A stretch of DNA of 62,735 bases from Euryarchaeota archaeon UBA439 (GTDB lineage Archaea > Thermoplasmatota > Poseidoniia > Poseidoniales > Thalassarchaeaceae). The stretch spans positions 1-62,735 of the forward strand of contig DANB01000019.1 of the NCBI GenBank assembly GCA_002497245.1. Reading direction: 5' to 3'. The notes under the pieces are model-generated. The model had not been told where the DNA came from. It saw nothing but the letters and a program-made list of their open reading frames with translations, and searched no databases. This document shows positions 57,101-62,735 of this stretch, piece by piece. The translations under genes were made by a program, and so were the position numbers. The first letter of the stretch is position 1; the number at the start of each line of letters is the position of its first letter.

Positions 57101-58957
57101 GTTGTAGAGAGGGTTGAAGGTTTAGTTACTGTAGTGGCGGGTGCTGATGATTTAGGGGCAATCCCTGGCCAATTTGCTCAATTCTCTCTCTCAATACTAA
57201 ATACTGGAAATGGCCCCACTCAATACACAATTTCTTGTGAGACCGATAACCATTGGATAATTAGAGTAGGAGATAGTGGAACATCAGTTCTAAATCTCGA
57301 ACCACTTTCTAGATTACAATTCCTGCCTGTTCCAATTAAAGTTCGAGTTCCTAATGATGTGTTAGGATCTCCTGCTTCAGGTACAGTTGAAGGAGTTAGT
57401 TGCACTACACAATCAGTAAACGATCCAAGTTTATTTTCTATAGACTCAGCAACGGTTGAGGTTTTCGAGAATCGTGATTTCACTACTGAAATATTTTCAG
57501 AAGATGGTGTGTCCTTAGGGCCATTAGGGCTTTCAGCAAACCGTCCTGTATTAAATGGAGACCTAGTGACTACAAATTTAGTAATAACTAATCAAGGGAA
57601 TGTGCCTTCAGAATATACTGTAAAAGTACAAAATAGTTGGCAAACTCAAATTATTATTGGAACCGATGATTTCGTTAACCAAGATGTAGTTGTAGACGTC
57701 CTCGCGGGCCAAAATATTAGTATTATAATCAACACAATCGTGCCACTCTCATCTAACATGGGAGACTCAAACATTATCACAATTCGGACTACAATTTCTG
57801 ATGGTGAAACTCTAATTAATGGGACGAAATTAGTTCTAGAAGAATTCGCTTCATTAGATATTGAGAATCCTTCTGAAATATTGGTGGCCTTAGGTAAATC
57901 TTCTGTAACTCCTTTCAAGCTTCATAATATTGGGAATGTACCTCTTGAGATCTCTCTGACAATGGGCACTCTACCTGAAGGTTGGTCTGGTGGTTTCCTC
58001 TCAGGAAATGTTTTCCAGATGGAAATGAATCGTGAAGCATTTGTTTCGGTTGGTTTAGAATTGCCAGGTGCTCTACCAATTGGTTCACTCGAGCAAACTG
58101 TATCTGTAATTATTGAATCAGAAACCCCTAGCGGAGAAATTTATTTCCAGACTGTAGAGTTCGAAGTAGAGATACTCCCATCTGTTTGGCTTTCACTTTC
58201 TTCCGAAGAGACTCTAATTGAAGATATTCCTTCTGGAAATAATGCTATTTTTCAAATCAATTTAACTAATCAAGGAAATATAATCACTGATGCTGAGTTT
58301 TCAGCATCTTTAGCAGATGGTTTCGAGATACAATTCCCCGATTGTTCATCTGATATTGATTGTAAATTATCTCCTGGTGAATCTCGATTTTTTACAGTAT
58401 CAGTAAAACCTAATTCGAATGCAGGATTTGGTTTATCTAGTTTTGAACTGTATGTGAATAGCACAAACTTTGATCCTGAAGATGCTGAAGTAACCGATAC
58501 AAAAATGACTTTAGAAATGAGTAGAGAAAGAACTACGAATACAGGGGGAATATCCGGAATTCTAGATACTTTGGGATTGCCTCAGTGGATACTGCCATTA
58601 TTATTTTTGATATCTCTGGCAGGTGCAATATTCTTGGGATTAAAGATGAGAAAAGAATCACAAAAATTCATGTCACCGGAAGAAGAACTGATACCTGAGG
58701 GTTCAGCTTTATTGTCGGGTAGTTCAAATGAACGCCGTGCTGCAGCATTAGATACATCTTTAGGTTCAGGAGATACATTGACCGGAGGAGTTAGTGATGA
58801 TGAGATTCAGGCTGCTATTGCTGCATCTGGACCGGGTAAATTGTTACCAACGCCTGATGGAGTTGCTCCTTTACCTCTAGGAGGTTTACCTGATGGATGG
58901 TCAATGGAACAATGGAACTCATATGGCCACTTATGGTGGGAACAAAACCAACCTTAA
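54176..58957 (+). CDS. Large surface-anchored S8 serine peptidase (KP-43-like) with a CARDB/Ig stalk
   Basis: Signal and prodomain; ISDTG, GHGTHV, TAKNVLTIG, DGRIKPDLVAPG, NGSSMS; TLVWND..NDLDL..NNVE C-domain; CARDB; TM; Trp-rich tail. Confidence 0.9.
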   Translation: MTAVKSIFPILLILILSSWSGAVSALSETTDSTEISNFQESSEISKWGKLSVVSESNYELNHFTGIIHSPFGNFDPLVDPMPLGPESLYDSSALSRTGLAIIQSNSVDMTELINLLDFKGYPIIDYLPDSALIIRIPVEDIMSSKYELEKSSSVRWIEGLPIAWRVSPNLVDFSGRGGFLLDLDLTIASDLKTSELSELESDMNRISDSSISRNVCDIHLCQVKGIDASWLPVLAMDGRILSIHESSTISIHNSNASQLIGSNLASTMSNFSLNGSGEILAISDTGIDADHGDFNGRVRAIYDLFGPDNSYQDRNSGHGTHVTSTILGDGSGDSNSTGIVPAATFHFYQLEADSSGILARWGSLYEMFAHSYQQSARIQTNSWGNINLVGEYSSDSRSADSYLVDEPSFLALFSAGDLGMNGYQSITPPGTAKNVLTIGTSTTGSFGSQPAGEVYSSSSKGTTLDGRIKPDLVAPGVMICSARAEEAQFVEGDSCSSSEHADTDIPLYMTLNGSSMSTAVAAGATTMARQFLRVNQGIVEPRSDLIRSVLINGADDLGAPDIPNAFEGWGQINISNSLFPEDSGDMLELLYDDSRELKPGHSFVYTIQSNADSRFDVTLVWNDPEGSAVANQSSPKLLNDLDLKITSPSGIVYYGNNFVNGNSVTGGVEDSLNNVERFRLDSPEIGTWSVEVGHAGGSLQDYAIVMSGQIIESIFPDLTVFTNSLSTSVESPLQGDTFLIEAQWKNQAAGPTGSYSVLIEDITENTIILEQSKTSLPGGSLASLSYPHVFSTTGLHTIMLTLDSNSEVTELNDEISGLDNNKIQIDVYVSQVGVRLTPLLSDGSYPSTPSELDQSKVRHLDPSVSNAVTFDLELKNEGTSEVTVDISASPVQLSDVGGLLLAPIDEWWKLFNESGPWTLSPSGQDGDSVIISLEFSDVDADVSNDIYALPGEFVSQVTLWDKNAPTVYHSMQLKTVVERVEGLVTVVAGADDLGAIPGQFAQFSLSILNTGNGPTQYTISCETDNHWIIRVGDSGTSVLNLEPLSRLQFLPVPIKVRVPNDVLGSPASGTVEGVSCTTQSVNDPSLFSIDSATVEVFENRDFTTEIFSEDGVSLGPLGLSANRPVLNGDLVTTNLVITNQGNVPSEYTVKVQNSWQTQIIIGTDDFVNQDVVVDVLAGQNISIIINTIVPLSSNMGDSNIITIRTTISDGETLINGTKLVLEEFASLDIENPSEILVALGKSSVTPFKLHNIGNVPLEISLTMGTLPEGWSGGFLSGNVFQMEMNREAFVSVGLELPGALPIGSLEQTVSVIIESETPSGEIYFQTVEFEVEILPSVWLSLSSEETLIEDIPSGNNAIFQINLTNQGNIITDAEFSASLADGFEIQFPDCSSDIDCKLSPGESRFFTVSVKPNSNAGFGLSSFELYVNSTNFDPEDAEVTDTKMTLEMSRERTTNTGGISGILDTLGLPQWILPLLFLISLAGAIFLGLKMRKESQKFMSPEEELIPEGSALLSGSSNERRAAALDTSLGSGDTLTGGVSDDEIQAAIAASGPGKLLPTPDGVAPLPLGGLPDGWSMEQWNSYGHLWWEQNQP

Positions 58958-58999
58958 ACAGGGTTTGACTTATGACTGAGTCTTTACCGCGTAATACAT

Positions 59000-59623
59000 A
59001 TGAAAGGCTCGATTGTATTATTTGGACCACCCGGCGCAGGTAAGGGAACACAAGCTGCCAGAATCGTCGATTTAACATCTAAGCCGCAGGTATCAACAGG
59101 AGATATGTTGAGGGCTGCGTTATCTGAAGGCAGTAAATTGGGCATAGAAGCTAAATCTTTTATGGAGGCCGGAGAATTAGTTCCTGACGAAGTCATTATA
59201 GGATTGATTTCTGAAAGATTGAAGATGGATGATGCTAAAAATGGAGTACTCTTTGATGGTTTTCCTCGTACGATTGCTCAGGCTGAAGAACTTGCCAAAA
59301 TTGAAGAAGTTAGTGCAGTAATCTCAATAGAAGTTCCTGATGAATCAATAGTCAGAAGAATAGTTGGAAGACGTATGGATCCAGAAACCGGTGAAATTTT
59401 CCACATAGATTTTAAACCAGCACCTGAATCTATTAGTGGCCGATTAATTCAGAGAAAAGATGACAATGAAACCACTGTACGTAACAGGCTAAAGGCATAT
59501 CATGAGCAGACTTCTCCTCTAGCTATTTGGTATGAGAGTCAAGGGCTTTTAATCAAAGTAAATGGTGAGCAGACAATAAAAGAAGTTGGTGATGAAATAA
59601 TTTCCAAACTATCTAATAGATGA
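59000..59623 (+). CDS. adk: Adenylate kinase (bacterial/eukaryotic type)
   Basis: GPPGAGKGTQ, STGDMLR, GELVPD, FDGFPRT, QRKDD. Confidence 0.96.
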   Translation: MKGSIVLFGPPGAGKGTQAARIVDLTSKPQVSTGDMLRAALSEGSKLGIEAKSFMEAGELVPDEVIIGLISERLKMDDAKNGVLFDGFPRTIAQAEELAKIEEVSAVISIEVPDESIVRRIVGRRMDPETGEIFHIDFKPAPESISGRLIQRKDDNETTVRNRLKAYHEQTSPLAIWYESQGLLIKVNGEQTIKEVGDEIISKLSNR

Positions 59624-59630
59624 GGTCATT

Positions 59631-59945
59631 ATGTCAGGGAGAAGAAGATCTAAGGATTCTTTGAGAAGAAAAAATCGTTCGAAAAAGGCGATTTCTCAAC
59701 TTTCTAATATAATTGAATCTCCTAATTTCTCTTTGAAAGTTAGAAATATTGCCGTCAGAGACTCATTAAAAATATCAAAAAGGCATGGTCAAGGTTGTGA
59801 ACCTAACGTTCGAATAATATTTTGTAAGGTTTGTAAATCTGTTATGAATTTTGGTTCTGATTCAAGAATAAGGATTAGAAAGAGTTCCGTGATAACTACT
59901 TGTGAACGTTGTAATAGTAAAGTTCGTAGACCGATTAGAAGGTGA
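59631..59945 (+). CDS. rnp4: Ribonuclease P protein component 4 (Rpp21/Rpr2)
   Basis: Basic protein with FCKVC...RIRI....TCERC...R.P zinc ribbon; sits next to yhbY as in other archaea. Confidence 0.8.
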   Translation: MSGRRRSKDSLRRKNRSKKAISQLSNIIESPNFSLKVRNIAVRDSLKISKRHGQGCEPNVRIIFCKVCKSVMNFGSDSRIRIRKSSVITTCERCNSKVRRPIRR

Positions 59946-59949
59946 TTTA

Positions 59950-60219
59950 ATGAATATACCAAATTCAATAAAAAGAAAAGCATTAGATAATTCATTAGAA
60001 ATAACAATTAGGGTAGGAAAGCAAGGAGTAAATGAATCGGTAATTGATGAATTAAAACAACAGCTTTTGAAACGGAAATTAGTTAAAATGAAAATCAATC
60101 AAGGTATTGCATCAAATAATCAGGAAAGAAAATCACTTTTCGAATCAGTTTCCAATTCGTCAGAATCTTATTTAGTCCTTCAGAGAGGAAATATAGCTGT
60201 ATTTTGGTCTGGAGAATGA
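59950..60219 (+). CDS. yhbY: YhbY/CRM-domain RNA-binding protein
   Basis: IRVGKQGV...VIDELKQQL.KRKLVKMK...RGN..V motif; GGTGA RBS before ATG 59950. Confidence 0.88.
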   Translation: MNIPNSIKRKALDNSLEITIRVGKQGVNESVIDELKQQLLKRKLVKMKINQGIASNNQERKSLFESVSNSSESYLVLQRGNIAVFWSGE

Positions 60220-60290
60220 TGGTTACAAAATTACATAATTACTAATTTTCATATCGAGAGATATTTAGAGGTAATCTGTTACGGAAGCAC

Positions 60291-61970
60291 ATGGGTGAAC
60301 TTTCCGGCCATCAATACAATAGAATAGTCTACAAGATTTTCCTATCTATGTGTTTCATTTTTTCATTTTTCCCTCCATCCGTTTCAGCGGCAGGAGGGTC
60401 CTCAGGGGGCTCTTGGAAGGCTGCTGAGATGCCCAGTTGGGCCGTTACTGTAGCCATCATCATTTTAGTGGCAGTTTATGCATTAATTGTCTTTGAATGG
60501 ATGCATAGAGCACTAGCAGCAGCATTAGGAGGTATTGCAGCAGTTGCCGCGCTTCATGTTGCCACATACTATTCTCCTGAGAAAAATACGTTATTAGATG
60601 GTGAAAAATTACTAGGTCCAGATTTAATGACTATTATGACATGGATAGATTGGGAAACAATCGGTCTTCTAATTGGTATGATGGTCATGGTAGATATTCT
60701 CTCGAAAACAGGCCTATTTGAATGGGCTGCTGTTCAAGCATATGCGCGTAGTGGAGGTTCAATATGGAGGTTGACATTTATCTTATGTATTATCACAGCA
60801 GTTTTCTCTGCATTACTTGATAATGTAACTACTATTTTGTTGATAGTGCCAGTGACAATACAAATTTGTAAGGTATTAGATTTAGAACCTGTCCCCTTAA
60901 TCATCGCTGAAGTCATGTTCTCTAATATTGGAGGGGCAGCAACTCAAATCGGAGACCCACCAAATATTATTATTGGTGCACAATTATCCAGTCAAAGCCT
61001 TAGCGGGACTGTTTTAGAGGCAGAAAGTATTGGTTTTACAGATTTCATAATTCATGTTGCTCCAGCAGTGTTGATAGCGATGGTTCCTGCATTCTGGTTG
61101 TTGAGAATTATAGAAAAGCCAGGATTATCCGGATACAGGAGAAGGAATGTTGATTTACTAAAAATTCAGTATGGTATTAAGGACGCTGAACTACTAAAGA
61201 AATCAGGTGCTATTTTGATAGTAGTAATTTTACTCTTCTTCGCCCATTCCCAGATTTCTCATCCATTATCTTCAGTTGCAGTAATCGCCCTAGTTGGAGC
61301 CGTTGTAATGCTTCTAGTTACATCTCCACATCATGTCGAAGAGCAATTAGATTCTGTTGAATGGACTACAATAATTTTCTTTGCTGGTTTATTTATTATG
61401 ATTCATGGACTTGAATTCATGGGGTTGATAGAGATGATTGCTGATCTAATTTCGGATACGGTGTCGAAAGCCTCTGAGGAAAATAGATTGATGGTAGCAG
61501 TTCTGTTATTACTATGGGTTTCAGCAATTGCATCTGCCTTTATAGATAATATTCCTTACACCGCAACTATGGTTCCTGTGGTAATTGAACTGGCCTCTGA
61601 TGACACATTAGGTCTAGAATTAGGACCTCTTGCATGGGCTTTAGCACTTGGTGCCTGTCTTGGAGGAAATGGTACAATTATTGGTGCTTCTGCAAACGTT
61701 GTTGCTGCAGGATTAGCTGAAGAATCTGGAAATGATATTTCATTTAATCGATTCTTCCGTACAGGTTTCCCGATTATGATATTGACATTGTTGCTATCTA
61801 CAGTGTATTGTGTAGTGAGATATGCTATTGTGTGGTCCAACCCAATTATTCCATTTGTAATTATTACTTTGTTAATTATCGGTAGTCTAAGTTTGACTCC
61901 AATGGTTTACAAAGATTTAGAGAATTTAGATAACTTAGATTTGAAAGATTTAGATTTAGAGTCCGAATAA
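60291..61970 (+). CDS. P-protein (OCA2)-like ArsB/NhaD/SLC13 ion transporter
   Basis: [57 protein letters not shown]; 12 or more TM helices. Confidence 0.9.
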   Translation: [559 protein letters not shown]

Positions 61971-62071
61971 ATTGATACATTTAGTTAAATTTAAAACTGA
62001 TTTCCTGATAGTGAAATATAGTGTTATTTTCTGCAAAAAAATATTTTTCCAATAATATCAGATTCGCAACA

Positions 62072-62265
62072 CTCAGACCCCTTAGAGAGGGGGTCCCGAC
62101 CCTTGACTTCATATACCAAAGGTAGGTCGCGAGGCTGCTTATAGTGCGCTTTGGTACTGCTATGTATCAAGGTTAGTGGTTGAGACTGCTTCGCCCTGCG
62201 GGGAGACGGAGTGGTCTGAGACACCAGAATTGATATGCCTGGACACCAGAGGACTCACAATGAGT
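62072..62265 (+). other. GC-rich structured 5' leader/spacer of the pre-23S rRNA
   Basis: Several stem-loops (GACCCCT/AGGGGGTC, CTTTGGTAC/GTATCAAGG, AGACTGCTTCG/CGGAGTGGTCT, GGACTCA/TGAGTCC) in an otherwise AT-rich intergenic region. Confidence 0.55.
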
Positions 62266-62314
62266 CCCTGTGTTAAGATAATAAAATAGAAGTGGGAATG
62301 TAGAAATTAATAAA

Positions 62315-62735
62315 ATGCTACAACCCGACTGGGGGATGGCTCGGCTCGAGAGCCGAAGAAGGTCGTGACAAGCTGCGATAAGTTGCGGGGAGAGGCATGA
62401 ATCTCTTGGATCCGCAAATTGCTGAATGGGACCTCCTGGCACTCTGTGCCATTCCTAAATGGAAAGGGAACCTCCTGAACTGAAGCATCTCAGTAGGGAG
62501 AGGAAAAGAAATCAAACGAGATACCGCTAGTAGTGGCGAATGAAAACGGTATAGGACAAACCGAATCTTTATGAGAAATCATGAAGAGATGTGGGGTATG
62601 GACCATCTGTAGTCTAAGTCATGGAAGTAGAAGTCGCCTGGAACGGCGCACCATAGAGGGTGAAAGACCCGTATATGTACATGATATGACCATGTGATGA
62701 TTCCTGAGTATCGTGCGTTGGATATCGCGCGTGAA
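62315..62735 (+). rRNA. rrl: 23S rRNA, 5' part (continues beyond the window)
   Basis: GGATGGCTCGGCTCG, CCGAAGAAGG, AAGCTGCGATAAG, GAACTGAAGCATCTCAGTA, GGAAAAGAAATCAA and AGTAGTGGCGAA are conserved archaeal LSU domain I sequences. The exact 5' end is approximate. Confidence 0.96.

Noticed and set aside
5283-59949. Apparent head-to-head or long gene overlaps (5283 vs 5311, 34480 vs 34607, 38549 vs 38567, 59902 vs 59945)
   Set aside because: They disappear when downstream ATG starts matching family N-termini or RBS positions are used.
62-61840. Numerous 60-160 aa antisense or alternate-frame ORFs in the track (e.g. 7615-8217, 11983-12408, 51518-51946, 52190-52639)
   Set aside because: They lie wholly within well-supported genes, and their Ser/Ile/Pro-rich composition is the expected shadow of acidic coding strands.
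61914-61961. Short GATTTA(G) tandem-like repeats at the transporter 3' end
   Set aside because: They encode a low-complexity [16 protein letters not shown] tail; too short and degenerate to call a functional DNA repeat.
62024-62515. Three minus-strand ORFs at the right end
   Set aside because: They overlap the 23S rRNA and its leader; they are artefacts of GC-rich structural RNA.

Overview
AT-rich, very compact archaeal chromosomal segment. The gene content points to Marine Group II Euryarchaeota (Ca. Poseidoniales, Thermoplasmatota): CarS, AglB, archease, ArcS, archaeal uS15, type II GAPDH, Rnp4, a bacterial-type Adk, many giant acidic secreted proteins, and a 23S rRNA gene with no 16S upstream. 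Housekeeping genes (purD, dnaJ, gltX, rnhB, pheT, gap, adk, rnp4, yhbY) are interleaved with about 36 kb of large exported or membrane-anchored proteins. The left half looks like a cell-envelope locus: carS, a 3173-aa AglB/STT3 oligosaccharyltransferase with a huge extracellular extension, a prodomain-less membrane subtilase, a beta-helix surface protein, an HTH-STAND-TPR regulator, and two DxDxDG Ca-binding repeat proteins carrying inserted domains (a lysine-less biotinyl/lipoyl-like domain and a probable beta-propeller). Other oddities are a pyroglutamyl peptidase-Nudix fusion, a GXGXG plus degenerate glutamate-synthase FMN-barrel fusion, a motif-less RecJ/DHH-like protein after rps15, a transporter strikingly like eukaryotic OCA2, and a highly structured ~200-nt leader before the 23S rRNA. 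No CRISPR array, tRNA or mobile element was seen. All calls come from motif recognition by eye; no searches were run.
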